Below, piece by piece: positions 48,930 through 59,694 of a stretch of DNA of 64,000 bases (the first letter of the stretch is position 1; each line of letters opens with the position of its first letter). A program made the translations under genes and the position numbers. The DNA is taken from the sequence record SRR22947725_330. One strand, written 5' to 3'. The notes beneath the pieces were generated by a model. That model made no database searches, was not told the DNA's origin, and saw nothing but the letters and a program-made list of their open reading frames with translations.

Positions 48930-49898
48930 TCAGGCGTGTGGATCTCGTTCGGCCTCGGCACGGTTGGCCAAGTACCAGTCGATCGTGGCCCGCAACCCCT
49001 CATCGAATGACATTTCCGGCTTCCACCCGAGGACGACGTTTGCTCGTGACCCGTCGACCCCTCGACGTGGTTGTCCGTCGGGTTTGGATGGATCCCATCG
49101 CAATTCGCCGGTGAAACCAACCAGTTCAGCGATGGTTTCAACCGTCTCTTTGATCGTGACCTCGCGGTCAGCGCCCAGGTTGATTGGCTCAAGCGGTCCG
49201 TCTCCAGCGTCGACTTCGCCGGCGCGGACGATTGCTCGCGCCGCATCATCGACGTAGAGGTACTCACGAGAGGCTAAACCGGTTCCCCAGACATCGACGT
49301 GCGCCGCGCCAACTTCGGCGGCCTCGACACACTTCTTGATCAACGCCGGGATGACATGTGACACCGATGGATGGAACTTGTCACCCGGCCCATACAGATT
49401 GGTTGGAATGAGGTAGGCGAAGCGCTGCCCGTATTGGAGCGCATTGACCTGCGCATGAATCAGGTGGGCCTTCTTGGCGATGCCGTATGGAGCGTTGCTC
49501 TCTTCTGGATAGCCGTTCCACAGCTCGGTCTCGGCAAACGGCACCGGGGTGAACTTCGGATACGAGCAGACCGTGCCCACCAGGATCGTGTTGTCGACAC
49601 CGCCGTGCCGAGCAGCTTCAATTATGTGCGTCCCCATGAGCAGATTGGCGAGATACAACGGCGCTGGCTGGGCCAAGTTGTACCCGATGCCGCCGACCTG
49701 CGCAGCCAGATGGAACACCTCGCTCGGCCGATGCTCAGAGATCATTCGCTCTGCGTGCCCAGGTTGGGTCAGGTCGACATCAATGCTGCGCGGTGCAACG
49801 ACCCGCGCGCCGGCGGCCTCCAGCAGGGCGACCACGCGACGGCCCAAGAATCCCGCACCTCCGGTCACCACGACGCGACGGCCGGTCCAGAACGTCAC
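48930..49898 (-). CDS. fcl: GDP-L-fucose synthase
   Basis: GGAGFLG, VGGIG, YGIAK, SHVIPALI, KPDGQPRR. Confidence 0.92.
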   Translation of the reverse strand: MTFWTGRRVVVTGGAGFLGRRVVALLEAAGARVVAPRSIDVDLTQPGHAERMISEHRPSEVFHLAAQVGGIGYNLAQPAPLYLANLLMGTHIIEAARHGGVDNTILVGTVCSYPKFTPVPFAETELWNGYPEESNAPYGIAKKAHLIHAQVNALQYGQRFAYLIPTNLYGPGDKFHPSVSHVIPALIKKCVEAAEVGAAHVDVWGTGLASREYLYVDDAARAIVRAGEVDAGDGPLEPINLGADREVTIKETVETIAELVGFTGELRWDPSKPDGQPRRGVDGSRANVVLGWKPEMSFDEGLRATIDWYLANRAEAERDPHA

Positions 49899-50025
49899 GT
49901 CAGCGACCGCTCGGACTGATCGGAGAACGCTGGTCGGCACGGCTCATCACAACTAGGATACTGCCAGCGATTGGCCGGTCGGCGGTTGGCCGGGCATGCG
50001 ATGATGCAGCCATGGAGGCGCGGCG

Positions 50026-51156
50026 GTGACGAACAAGACGGCTGACGAGTCGGCGCGACCCATCCGCGTGGCCTACACGCTCGAACAGTGCTGGCACCCG
50101 AGTCCGGGCGGAACCGCACGCGCAGCGTTGCGGATTGCCAGAGTGCTTGAGGCAGATCCCGAAGTTGAGATTCACCAAGTAGCGGGTCGGCACGCACTCA
50201 CTCCAACGGCTGACTTTCGGCCCACCGGAAAAGTCGCAATGTTGCCGCTGGCGCGACCGTGGTTGTACGAGACGTGGACACGCCTGAATTGGCCCAAAGT
50301 CGAGTCGGTGATCGGTCCGATTGATGTCGCGCATGCCACTGGACTCGTCCCGTGCGGCACCGCCGCTCCCTTAGTGGTGACCCTGCACGACCTGGCGTTC
50401 GTTCATGATCCCGACATGTTCTCCTCACATGGCGTACGGGTGATGATGCGCAGCCTTGAGGTGATCAAGCGTCGTGCCGACAGAATCCTGTGCCCGAGCC
50501 AGGCGACCATTGATGACTGCATCGACGCGGGTATCGACGCGACGAAATTGCGGCTCGTGCCGCTCGGCGTCGACGGCCGTGTTGCGACCCCGTTTGCGGT
50601 CGAACGGGTGAAGCGCAATTATCAACTCCCGGATGACTTTGTGCTGTTTGTCGGCACGATCGAGCCGAGGAAGAACCTGGCCCGACTGGTGGCAGCGATG
50701 GCCACACGTTCACCGGATCAGCCACTCGTCGTAGCCGGTGCACCCGGCTGGGGCGATGCCGCACCTTTGGCCGGAACCCCGAATGTCCGCTTTCTCGGCT
50801 ACGTGCCCGACGCCGACCTCGGGCCGCTCTACGCGGCGGCCACGGTTTTCGCCTATCCGAGTGAGCGGGAAGGGTTCGGACTCCCAGTTGCTGAGGCGAT
50901 GCTGCAGGGGACACCTGTTGTCACAAGTAGCGGGACGTCGACTGAGGAAGTTGCTGACGGCGCGGCTGTGCTGGTTGACCCACGCAACGTTGCTTCGATT
51001 GCCGACGGAATCGATGAAGCGAACGACCGCTCGTCAGAACTGGCAGCGTTGGGTACTCGGCGGGCGGGCGAATTGACCTGGACTGCGGCTGCCGAACGCA
51101 CGCGAGACGTCTATCGTGAACTTGCCCCGGCAAGCGGCGTCGCAGTGGAATCATGA
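50026..51156 (+). CDS. Glycosyltransferase family 4
   Basis: TLHDL, GTIEPRKN, EGFGLPVAEAM. Confidence 0.92.
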   Translation: MTNKTADESARPIRVAYTLEQCWHPSPGGTARAALRIARVLEADPEVEIHQVAGRHALTPTADFRPTGKVAMLPLARPWLYETWTRLNWPKVESVIGPIDVAHATGLVPCGTAAPLVVTLHDLAFVHDPDMFSSHGVRVMMRSLEVIKRRADRILCPSQATIDDCIDAGIDATKLRLVPLGVDGRVATPFAVERVKRNYQLPDDFVLFVGTIEPRKNLARLVAAMATRSPDQPLVVAGAPGWGDAAPLAGTPNVRFLGYVPDADLGPLYAAATVFAYPSEREGFGLPVAEAMLQGTPVVTSSGTSTEEVADGAAVLVDPRNVASIADGIDEANDRSSELAALGTRRAGELTWTAAAERTRDVYRELAPASGVAVES

Positions 51157-52343
51157 CGGACCAAAGGCAACAGCCGGACGGCGCGGCCGACCTCGAAGCA
51201 CCGGTCAGTGGCCCGCGCCCAGGTCAACGTGTGTCCGCGGTCGACGTTGCAGTGAACCTCCTCTGGTGTGTTCCGGGCGATGTCGGCGGGTCGGAGGAGT
51301 ATCTGGTCAGGCAACTGTTGGGGCTTGCGTCGCAGCAGTCCGAGTTCCGGCCCACGCTCTATGTCGTGCAGTCGTTCGCTCGAGCGCATCCGAACCTGGC
51401 CGATCTGTATCCGATGGTCGTGGCGGGAATCACCGGGCACCAGCGTCCGCGCCGTGTGCTCGCTGAACACGTGTGGCTGAGCAGGCGTACACGGCGTGCA
51501 GGGATTGTCCACCACGGCGGGGGTACGACCCCTGCGGTGGGACGCCGGCCCATCTTGCTCACCATCCACGACCTCCAGTACCTCACCCACCCCGAGTATC
51601 ACTCACGCAACAAGCTGCGATATCTCCGCAAGGTCGTCCCGCGTTCGGTCAATCGAGCTGCGGTCATCGCCACACCGACTGAGTGGGTGCGGTCGACGGT
51701 GATCGAGAAACTCGGTGCCGACCCGGACCGCGTCATCGTGGTGCCCCACGGGGTTGAAGCGGGAATCGGCGATGATGCCCCCACTGAGTTCGAGCTCCGA
51801 CGCGACTACGGCCTCGGTGGCGGCCGCGTGTTGGTGTATCCGGCCATCACGCATCCGCACAAGGGGCATGAGTTTCTGCTCGACGTCATGTCCCAACACT
51901 GGGACGATCCGGACCTGCGACTCGTGCTGCTGGGAGGTGCGGGGAGCGCAGATCGGGGCATCGAGGCCAAGATCGCATCGCTTGGACTTGAACGACGTGT
52001 GATTCGGACCGGTCGCGTGCCAGCTGCGCACCGCGACGGATTCCTGGCGCTCGCTGAAGCCATGGTCTTCCCCAGCGAGTACGAAGGATTTGGGGCCCCG
52101 GTGGTCGAGGCCATGGCACTGGGGACGCCGGTCATCGCCGCTGACCAGCCGGCGGTCGCTGAGGTTGTCGGGAATGCCGGCATCGTGCTGCCCCGAGACT
52201 CCGACGCCTGGGCCGGAGCTCTTGACGACGTCGGAGCGCGGCGGCAGGAGCTGGTGGCCGCTGGCCTTCGTCGGAGCGTGGACTTCACCGCGGAGCGCTC
52301 GGGCGCTGCGCTTGTTTCGGCCTACCGTCGAGCACTCAAATGA
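51153..52343 (+). CDS. Glycosyltransferase family 4
   Basis: TIHDLQ, PHKGH, EGFGAPVVEAM. Confidence 0.92.
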   Translation: MTDQRQQPDGAADLEAPVSGPRPGQRVSAVDVAVNLLWCVPGDVGGSEEYLVRQLLGLASQQSEFRPTLYVVQSFARAHPNLADLYPMVVAGITGHQRPRRVLAEHVWLSRRTRRAGIVHHGGGTTPAVGRRPILLTIHDLQYLTHPEYHSRNKLRYLRKVVPRSVNRAAVIATPTEWVRSTVIEKLGADPDRVIVVPHGVEAGIGDDAPTEFELRRDYGLGGGRVLVYPAITHPHKGHEFLLDVMSQHWDDPDLRLVLLGGAGSADRGIEAKIASLGLERRVIRTGRVPAAHRDGFLALAEAMVFPSEYEGFGAPVVEAMALGTPVIAADQPAVAEVVGNAGIVLPRDSDAWAGALDDVGARRQELVAAGLRRSVDFTAERSGAALVSAYRRALK

Positions 52344-53614
52344 GCCGCACATCCTCGCGAGCAACTGACGGAGGGCCCGCAGCAGCCCGACGCCCGATCA
52401 TTGTCATCTGCCCGCATTTCCAGCCTGACACGGCGCCGACGGGCACAGTGATGACACGCATTGTCGACGAATTGATCACGCTCGGGCATGCGGTGCACGT
52501 GGTCACAGCGTTGCCCTGGTATCGCCGTCATGCCATCGAGTCCGAATGGACCGGCTCGTGGGTACGCGTCGAAAACACTCCGTGGGGTTCGATCACCCGG
52601 GTGCATCCGTTCCCCGGTGATGACAAGACGAACCTGGTCCGACGTGCGGCGGGCTTCCTCGCCTACTCGATGCTGGCTGGTGTCCAGGGGCTGCGTGCGG
52701 GTGGCTGGTTTCGGAAGGCTGATGCGGTGATCGCAATGTCTCCTCCGTTGACGCTTGGCCTCACCGGGTGGATCGTCGCCAAGATGCGCCGATCATCGCT
52801 CGTCTTCAACATTCAGGACGTGTTCCCCGACGCAGCGGTCGATACCGGCGCCATCTCCAACCCCCTGGTCATCAGTGCAGCGCGGTGGCTTGAGCGAATC
52901 AGCTACAGCGCAGCAGACGCCGTCACCGTGCTCTCCGATGACCTGCGGGACAACGTTGCTGCCAAGATGGCGCCCGCCCGCCGCGAGCGCGTCCATGTCA
53001 TTCCGAACTTCGTTGACACGGCAGCCATCGCGCCAGCCGATCGAGCGACCAACTACCGCGCCGAGCTTGGCCTCGGAGGCGGTCCCGTCGTGCTCTATGC
53101 CGGAAACGTGGGCTTCTCCCAGTCGCTGGAACTCGTGCTCGCTGCAGCGAGCGCGCTGCCGGAGGTGACGTTTCTGATCAACGGCGACGGAGCGGCACGA
53201 TCAACCCTCGAGTCGGCGGCCATCGGTTTCGAGAATGTGCACTTCGCCGGGTACATCGAAGCGCACCGGCTTGGCGAACTCCTGGCCACGGGTGACATTC
53301 ACGTGGTGCCGCTCAAGGCAGGCCTTGGGCGAGTGTCCGTCCCATCGAAGACCTACTCGATCCTGGCCGCGGCGCGCCCGGTCGTCGCTGCCATCGACGA
53401 AGCGACCGCCGTGCCCAGGATTCTCGAAGCTGCCGGAGCGGGCATCTCGGTGCCGCCCGATGATGCCGGGGCCTTCGTCGCTGCGCTGCAAGTTCTGCTG
53501 GCCGATCCTGAGCGGTGTGCCCAGATGGGCGTCAATGGCCGTCGATGGGTCGAAACGCACGCATCTCCAGCAGCCGTTGGCTTGGCATACGACCGATTGC
53601 TTGGGCAATTGTGA
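52340..53614 (+). CDS. Glycosyltransferase family 4 (WcaI/WbuB-like)
   Basis: SPP, QDVFPD, YAGNVGFSQ, VPSKTY. Confidence 0.9.
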   Translation: MSRTSSRATDGGPAAARRPIIVICPHFQPDTAPTGTVMTRIVDELITLGHAVHVVTALPWYRRHAIESEWTGSWVRVENTPWGSITRVHPFPGDDKTNLVRRAAGFLAYSMLAGVQGLRAGGWFRKADAVIAMSPPLTLGLTGWIVAKMRRSSLVFNIQDVFPDAAVDTGAISNPLVISAARWLERISYSAADAVTVLSDDLRDNVAAKMAPARRERVHVIPNFVDTAAIAPADRATNYRAELGLGGGPVVLYAGNVGFSQSLELVLAAASALPEVTFLINGDGAARSTLESAAIGFENVHFAGYIEAHRLGELLATGDIHVVPLKAGLGRVSVPSKTYSILAAARPVVAAIDEATAVPRILEAAGAGISVPPDDAGAFVAALQVLLADPERCAQMGVNGRRWVETHASPAAVGLAYDRLLGQL

Positions 53615-53706
53615 GTTGCCTGATCAGGGAGTTTGCGGCACGGCGAGGTGTCGTCCATCGAGGGTGATCCCGCAACTGGGGCCAGCACCGCTAACCTCCG
53701 ATCCTC

Positions 53707-54546
53707 GTGGCATCCTCCTCTTCATCCACCAAAAAAGCCGCCCGGCTCGCGCAGAAGGGCAAGGGCCAGAAAGTTCGCTTCCAAGGCGGCACTCTCTTCC
53801 CCATGGTCGTCGCGCTGGTCATCGTTCTCGGCTTCGCGCTCGTCGTGTACGCCAGGCAGAGCCGACCCGCTGCCGATGCCTCTGACCCTCAGGTCGGAGA
53901 CCACTGGCACGTGGGTTACGGGTTCAATATCTGCGGCGAATGGATCCAGGTCGAGGGTGACGCAGAAGAGCGTGACGCCAACGGAAACTTTCTCAACACC
54001 GAGTTCGCCCGCACAGGCATCCACAGCCACGACGACGGTGTCATCCACTGGCATCCCAACTCACGGGCGGCTGTCGGCCGACGAGCTACGTTCGACGTCT
54101 TTCTCAACGTGTACGACATTGAACTCGATGCCAGCGGCATGACGTGGCCTGCCGATCAGCAGGCCCAGCTCAACGCAGCGTTTGGCGACAAGTACGAAGA
54201 CGGCGTGTTCGAGAGCGGCGAGACGACGTGCACCGTCGACGGCGAAGAAGTTCCCGGAGCCATTCAGGTCGTGGTGTGGGACAACTTCACCGACACCGAC
54301 GACGGCACAACGTACATCGCAGCGTTCGACAGCATCCGCGTTGACCAGGACGCAATGGTGTTCACCGTGGCATTCGTGCCCGACAACACCCCGATCGAGA
54401 TGCCGCCGTGGGCGAAGGATCTCCCGACGCTTGGCGCCATCGACAGCGGTCAACAGTTGCCCGACGGCCAGCTGTTTGGCGGGACCACCGTTCCTGGCGA
54501 AGAAGCACCGACGATCACCGCCGGCGATAACCAGACCGACGGCTGA
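53707..54546 (+). CDS. Membrane-anchored His-motif hypothetical protein
   Basis: Basic N-terminus, one TM, DHWH..YG..ICG and GIHSHDDGVIHWHP. Confidence 0.75.
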   Translation: MASSSSSTKKAARLAQKGKGQKVRFQGGTLFPMVVALVIVLGFALVVYARQSRPAADASDPQVGDHWHVGYGFNICGEWIQVEGDAEERDANGNFLNTEFARTGIHSHDDGVIHWHPNSRAAVGRRATFDVFLNVYDIELDASGMTWPADQQAQLNAAFGDKYEDGVFESGETTCTVDGEEVPGAIQVVVWDNFTDTDDGTTYIAAFDSIRVDQDAMVFTVAFVPDNTPIEMPPWAKDLPTLGAIDSGQQLPDGQLFGGTTVPGEEAPTITAGDNQTDG

Positions 54547-55550
54547 TGCGCGCCGTCGTTCTCGTCGGCGGGTTCGGAACGCGACTCCGGCCACTCACCA
54601 ACGACATCCCGAAGCCAATGCTGCCCATTGGCCATCGGCCGATGATCGAGCGACTTGTCAACAGACTCGGTCGTGGCGGGGTCACCGAGGTTGTGCTTGC
54701 GCTCGGGTTCAAGCCCGAACCGTTTCTGGCTGCGTTTCCAGACGGCCGGTGTGGCGATGTGAAGCTCTCGTATGCGGTTGAACCAGCGCCCCTCGACACA
54801 GGTGGGGCCATCAAGTTCGCTGCCAATGAGGCGGGTATCGACGCCACGTTCGTCGTGGCAAATGGCGATGTGCTCACCGACCTCGACGTTGGCAAACTTG
54901 TCGCCACGCACCGTCGTCATGAGGCGGAAGCAACGCTGCATTTAACGGGCGTCGAGGACCCGTCGGCTTTCGGCGTGGTCGCGCTCGGCGAGGGCGACCG
55001 GATCACCGACTTCGTCGAGAAGCCGGCCGCAGGCACCAAGCCCAGCAACCTCATCAACGCCGGGACCTACGTCTTCGAGCCTTCGGTCCTCGAGCGGATT
55101 CCGGACAACGAGCGTGTGTCCATCGAGCGGTCGACGTTTCCGTTGCTCGTCGAGGCAGGTCGTCTGTACGGCCACGCGACGCAGGATTATTGGATCGATG
55201 CCGGTCGCCCAGACCTGTATCGGGCAGCGAATCTCGACCTCTTGAACGGTGGACGTATCAACGATCACTGTGAGGCGGTGTCTCGAACCGCCACCGTCGA
55301 TGCAGCGGCGATGATCCTCAACAGCATCATCGGTGACGACGCAGTTGTTGCGCCGGGCGCCCGAATCGTCGACAGCGTGTTGTTGCCAGGAGCGCAAGTC
55401 GGATCTGCTGCAACCGTGGAGGCCTCGCTCGTGATGGGCCGGGTCGGTGAGGGCGCGCGAGTCGACGCGTCGATGGTGGGCGCCGCCGGGGTCGTCGCCG
55501 ACGGTGCCGTGCTGACTGCGGGCACTGTGCCTGAAGTCCCGGCATCCTGA
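54546..55550 (+). CDS. NDP-sugar synthase (mannose-1-phosphate guanylyltransferase-like)
   Basis: GGFGTRLRPLT..PKP, NGD, FVEKP, C-terminal hexapeptide repeats. Confidence 0.92.
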   Translation: MRAVVLVGGFGTRLRPLTNDIPKPMLPIGHRPMIERLVNRLGRGGVTEVVLALGFKPEPFLAAFPDGRCGDVKLSYAVEPAPLDTGGAIKFAANEAGIDATFVVANGDVLTDLDVGKLVATHRRHEAEATLHLTGVEDPSAFGVVALGEGDRITDFVEKPAAGTKPSNLINAGTYVFEPSVLERIPDNERVSIERSTFPLLVEAGRLYGHATQDYWIDAGRPDLYRAANLDLLNGGRINDHCEAVSRTATVDAAAMILNSIIGDDAVVAPGARIVDSVLLPGAQVGSAATVEASLVMGRVGEGARVDASMVGAAGVVADGAVLTAGTVPEVPAS

Positions 55551-55582
55551 CTCGCACTCGATCCTCTCGATAGCGTCGCCAC

Positions 55583-56488
55583 ATGAACATCATCGTGGTG
55601 GGAGGAGCCGGTTTCATCGGTTCGCACCTCGTCGATCGTTTGCTTGCCGAATCTCATCAGGTCGATGTGATCGACGATCTGTCCACGGGCACATTGGGTA
55701 ATTTGGCCGAGGCGCGCGCTGTCGGTGGCGGCATCAAGATTCATCACCTCGACGCAGCGTCACCCGAGGCCGCATCGTTGATCGGGATGCGGCGCCCCGA
55801 CGTCGTGTTTCACCTCGCTGCGTTCTCTCGCCGAGCAGCCTCGATCCAAGAACACGGGGCTTCGTTCACTCGCTCACTCGCCGTGATCGAAGCCGCGCGG
55901 CAGCACGGTGTCGGACGTGTGGTCGTCGCGCTGCCCGCGACGTCGCTGTACGGGCATCCCGCAGCCAACTCGCTTCCGGTGAAGGAAAGTGACCCGGTGC
56001 CGCGGGGCGTGCGCGGCGTCGTCGCCAGGGCTGTGCTCGACGTGCTGAGTGAGTACCGAGAAACCGAAGGACTGGAGTTCGCCGCGCTGTCGCTTGCTTC
56101 GGTGTACGGGCCGCGTCAAGCTCCGGGCGGTGGCGTGGTCGCTGCGTTCAACGATGCACTGGTATCAGGCGAGCAGCCGGAACTCCATGGCGACGGGCGT
56201 CAGACGCGTGACTTCGTGTACGTCGATGACGTGGTCGACGCTCTGGTGCGTGCTGCCGATCGGAGCAGCGGACTCTTGATCAACATTGGCACGGGGCAGC
56301 AAACCGCGGTGCGCGACCTGTGGAAGCAGATGAGCGGTGGCGTGGCCAACGATCCGACCGAACTCCCGGCGCGTCGCAACGAGCTCCAACGGTTTGCGGT
56401 GTCATCAGTACGCGCCCGGATCCACCTGGGCTGGTCATCGTGGACCGACCTGGCCGATGGTCTGGCCCGTGTGCGGTCAGCGGGTTGA
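55583..56488 (+). CDS. Extended SDR epimerase/dehydratase homolog lacking YxxxK
   Basis: GGAGFIGSH, VYGPRQ, GDGRQTRDFVYVDD; RGVVA stands where YxxxK is expected. Confidence 0.85.
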   Translation: MNIIVVGGAGFIGSHLVDRLLAESHQVDVIDDLSTGTLGNLAEARAVGGGIKIHHLDAASPEAASLIGMRRPDVVFHLAAFSRRAASIQEHGASFTRSLAVIEAARQHGVGRVVVALPATSLYGHPAANSLPVKESDPVPRGVRGVVARAVLDVLSEYRETEGLEFAALSLASVYGPRQAPGGGVVAAFNDALVSGEQPELHGDGRQTRDFVYVDDVVDALVRAADRSSGLLINIGTGQQTAVRDLWKQMSGGVANDPTELPARRNELQRFAVSSVRARIHLGWSSWTDLADGLARVRSAG

Positions 56489-57478
56489 CACCGCGGCGAG
56501 GGTCACGTCGGCGAGCGTTCGAGCGATCTCTGGCGTCGACATGATGGACGGGGTGACGATGCAACGCATGCCCTCGGCAACGACGGCGTCGGCCAGATCT
56601 GCATCCGCCGGATCGACGATGAGAACGCTGGCGATCGATGCATAGAGCCGAGCGACACCGACCGCGGACGCTTCGTGGCCGAGTTCGGTCATCATGCGTG
56701 CGGCGGGTCCCTTGAGGGCTGCGCCGCCGACGATAGGGGACACTGCGACGACCGAGTCGCGGCGGGCGCTCAGAATGTCGTCGGTGCCATCGAGTGATCG
56801 GATCGGGCCGATCGACACGAGCGGATTGGATGGCGCGATGACGACAGTTTCAGCGCTGATCAGCGCGTGTCGCGCTGTGCCACTCAGTCGGGCCGCGCCC
56901 TCGAAGCGCACATCGGTGACAGGAACACTGTGACGGAGCCGAACGAAGTAGTCCTGGAAGGAGACGTCGCCCTCGGTTGTCGTGGTGACGACGGTGGCTC
57001 GACGCTCATCGGTCATCGGAAGGAGCCGCAGTCCCAGCCCCCAAGCGGCGACGATTTCCGCAGTCACTTCGGTCAGGCTCGCGCCTTCAGCTAGACGGGC
57101 CGTGCGATAGAAGTGTGTCGCAAGATCTTGGTCGCCGAGATTGAACCACCGCGTTGCCGCCGCTGACCCCTCGGGACGCACCGCCTCGAAACGCTCGAGT
57201 GCGCCCATCGCCGTCCACGTCTCGTTCCGCAACCCCCATCCTCGCTCGGGGTCGGTCGCGTCGGCGAGCGTGTAGGTGATCGTGTCCAAGTCGGGCGAGA
57301 TCGACAGGCCATGGAGCTGCGTATCATCGCCGGTGTTGACGACTGCAGTCACCTTTGCCGGATCGATCGCGTCGAGCAACCCGTTCAGAAAACGGGCGGC
57401 GCCGACGCCGCCGGAAATCACGGTGACGGTGGGCGTCGCAGCCACCGTGGGCAGTGTTGTGTCCGTCGTCGCGCTCAT
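56477..57478 (-). CDS. cofD: 2-phospho-L-lactate transferase (F420 biosynthesis)
   Basis: SGGVGAARF, NTGDD, PDLDT, WFNLGDQD, PSNP.VSI, KGPA. Confidence 0.95.
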   Translation of the reverse strand: MSATTDTTLPTVAATPTVTVISGGVGAARFLNGLLDAIDPAKVTAVVNTGDDTQLHGLSISPDLDTITYTLADATDPERGWGLRNETWTAMGALERFEAVRPEGSAAATRWFNLGDQDLATHFYRTARLAEGASLTEVTAEIVAAWGLGLRLLPMTDERRATVVTTTTEGDVSFQDYFVRLRHSVPVTDVRFEGAARLSGTARHALISAETVVIAPSNPLVSIGPIRSLDGTDDILSARRDSVVAVSPIVGGAALKGPAARMMTELGHEASAVGVARLYASIASVLIVDPADADLADAVVAEGMRCIVTPSIMSTPEIARTLADVTLAAVSTR

Positions 57479-58617
57479 CGTGCTCCGTTCACCAGGTCGT
57501 GGTACAGATTGGTCAGCAGCGACGCAGCGGTCGCCCATGAGAACCGGTCGAGATTACGGCTCGCCTGGAGCGCGAGCTTCGAACGGACGGCGTCACTCGT
57601 GACGGCCAAGTGCAGGTTTGCTGCGATGGCATCGATGTCGTGGGGCGACGAGAAGAGTGCTGCAGCGCCGGCGATCTCGGGGATGGATCCTGCAGTGCTC
57701 GCGACGATCGGCAGCCCTGCCTGCTGCGCTTCGAGCAGCGGAAACCCGAAACCCTCATCGAGTGAGACGTAGCCCAACGCGGTGGCGTGACCCAGGAGTT
57801 GTGACTTGAGTGCCTCGTCGACGACACCGAGCTGGATGATCCGATCAGCAATCGTTGGGGCCAACCGTTCGATCGCGGTGTCGACTGCTGCCTGGTCGTT
57901 GCCAGGTGCGCCCGCGATCACGAGGCGTACGGTCGGGTGTTCAGCGGCGAGCCGTTCGAATGCAGCGACGAGCGATCGAACGTTCTTGCGTCGTTCAACC
58001 GTGCCCAGCGACAACACAAATGGTTGTCCGGGTTGAATGCCGACGTCAACGGGCCAAAAACCGTCGGCCGTTGGAGCGGGTGGGAGGCCGAGCAGGACCG
58101 TGGTCACCGCGTCGGTGTCGAGAAGGTCGCGGACCCGAGCCGTGGTTGCATCGGAACACGTCAGCACGTGGGCACCCGTCTGTACCGACCGGCGCAGGAC
58201 GTCGCCTGCCCGACGGACGTCCGGTGTTGCGTCGTCGGGATGCTCGAGGAACCAGCAGTCGTAGACCGAGACCAGTCGCGGACAACGCGTTGGTGGCACG
58301 ACATAGTTCGTACCGTGGACGAGGTCGGGCCGACCGATCACGCGGTCGACCGGGGGGGCGGGGTGACGCCACCAGCGGTGCGCCACCGCGGCAGGGAGCG
58401 GGAGCTTGCGGACTCCCGACGCAGGCCGCGCCCGGAGGCTGAGAAGATACGGCGAGATCTCAACCGCGTCGGTGTCGCGGAGCGCGTCGAGTGTGCCCTG
58501 GACTGCCTGCCCAACTCCGGTGCGATGCCCGTGCAGTGGACCGACATCGAAACCGATGCTGAGCCGGCCGGACGGAGAGCGCCCCCCAGATTGAGTTGGC
58601 GTGCTCCGGTCCCTCAT
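57475..58617 (-). CDS. Glycosyltransferase family 4
   Basis: GTVERRKN, EGFGFPLLEA. Confidence 0.9.
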   Translation of the reverse strand: MRDRSTPTQSGGRSPSGRLSIGFDVGPLHGHRTGVGQAVQGTLDALRDTDAVEISPYLLSLRARPASGVRKLPLPAAVAHRWWRHPAPPVDRVIGRPDLVHGTNYVVPPTRCPRLVSVYDCWFLEHPDDATPDVRRAGDVLRRSVQTGAHVLTCSDATTARVRDLLDTDAVTTVLLGLPPAPTADGFWPVDVGIQPGQPFVLSLGTVERRKNVRSLVAAFERLAAEHPTVRLVIAGAPGNDQAAVDTAIERLAPTIADRIIQLGVVDEALKSQLLGHATALGYVSLDEGFGFPLLEAQQAGLPIVASTAGSIPEIAGAAALFSSPHDIDAIAANLHLAVTSDAVRSKLALQASRNLDRFSWATAASLLTNLYHDLVNGAR

Positions 58618-58688
58618 CTGCAGCGATGGTACCGAGCGGCCCGCTCGGGTAGGTCGACGAATGCTTGCCAGGTAGGCTGGAGGGAGTT

Positions 58689-59678
58689 ATGCCACGCGCT
58701 TTCATCACAGGTATCACGGGCCAGGACGGCCATCATCTCGCTGAGTTCCTTCACGGGAAAGGCTACGACGTCTACGGGATGATCAAGGGGCAGAACAACC
58801 CGCGAGCCGCGAAGCTGCAAGAAGAAATGCCGTTCGTCGAGTTGATTCCTGGTGATTTGGCTGATCTGCCGTCGCTGGTCGCGGCGTTGCAGATCGCGCA
58901 GCCTGATGAGGTGTACAACCTGGGAGCGATCAGCTTTGTCGCCCTGTCGTTCAGTCAGGCCGAACTCACCGCAAACACGACAGGTCTGGGTGTGTTGCGG
59001 ATGCTCGAAGCAATCCGCATGGTGGGTGGGGCGCAGAACAACCCGATTCGCTTCTATCAAGCGTCGTCGTCGGAGATGTTCGGACAGGTCCGTGAGACTC
59101 CGCAGACAGAACTGACTCCGTTCCATCCTCGGTCGCCGTACGGCTGCGCGAAGGTGTTTGGTCATGACATTGTCGTGAACTATCGCGAGTCCTATGACAT
59201 GCATGCCTCGTCCGGCATTCTCTTCAACCACGAGGGCCCGCGCCGCGGCATCGAGTTCGTCACCCGCAAGATCTCGAACGCTGCGGCTCGGGTCAAGCTG
59301 GGGTTGCAGCACGAGTTGGTGATGGGAACCTTGGACGCGAAACGCGATTGGGGTTACGCCGGCGATTATGTCGAGGCAATGTGGATGATGCTGCAGCAGG
59401 ACGAGCCGGACGATTTCGTGATCTCGACTGGTGAAACGCATACGGTGCAGGAGTTCGTCGAGAAGGCATTCGCACACGCAGGGCTCGACGATTGGGAGCA
59501 GTACGTGCGCCAGGACCCGAAGTTCTTCCGTCCTGCCGAAGTCGACCTGTTGATCGGTGACTCAGCCAAGGCCAAGGCCGTGCTCGGTTGGGAACCCAAG
59601 GTCGGCTTCGACGAACTCGTCAAGATGATGGTGGACAACGACCTCGCTCTCGAGGCTGCCAAAGCCAGCCGCAGCTGA
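58689..59678 (+). CDS. gmd: GDP-mannose 4,6-dehydratase
   Basis: GITGQDG, QASSSEMFG, SPYGCAK, FVTRKI, RDWG. Confidence 0.96.
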   Translation: MPRAFITGITGQDGHHLAEFLHGKGYDVYGMIKGQNNPRAAKLQEEMPFVELIPGDLADLPSLVAALQIAQPDEVYNLGAISFVALSFSQAELTANTTGLGVLRMLEAIRMVGGAQNNPIRFYQASSSEMFGQVRETPQTELTPFHPRSPYGCAKVFGHDIVVNYRESYDMHASSGILFNHEGPRRGIEFVTRKISNAAARVKLGLQHELVMGTLDAKRDWGYAGDYVEAMWMMLQQDEPDDFVISTGETHTVQEFVEKAFAHAGLDDWEQYVRQDPKFFRPAEVDLLIGDSAKAKAVLGWEPKVGFDELVKMMVDNDLALEAAKASRS

Positions 59679-59694
59679 ACGGTCGCCCGGAGCT

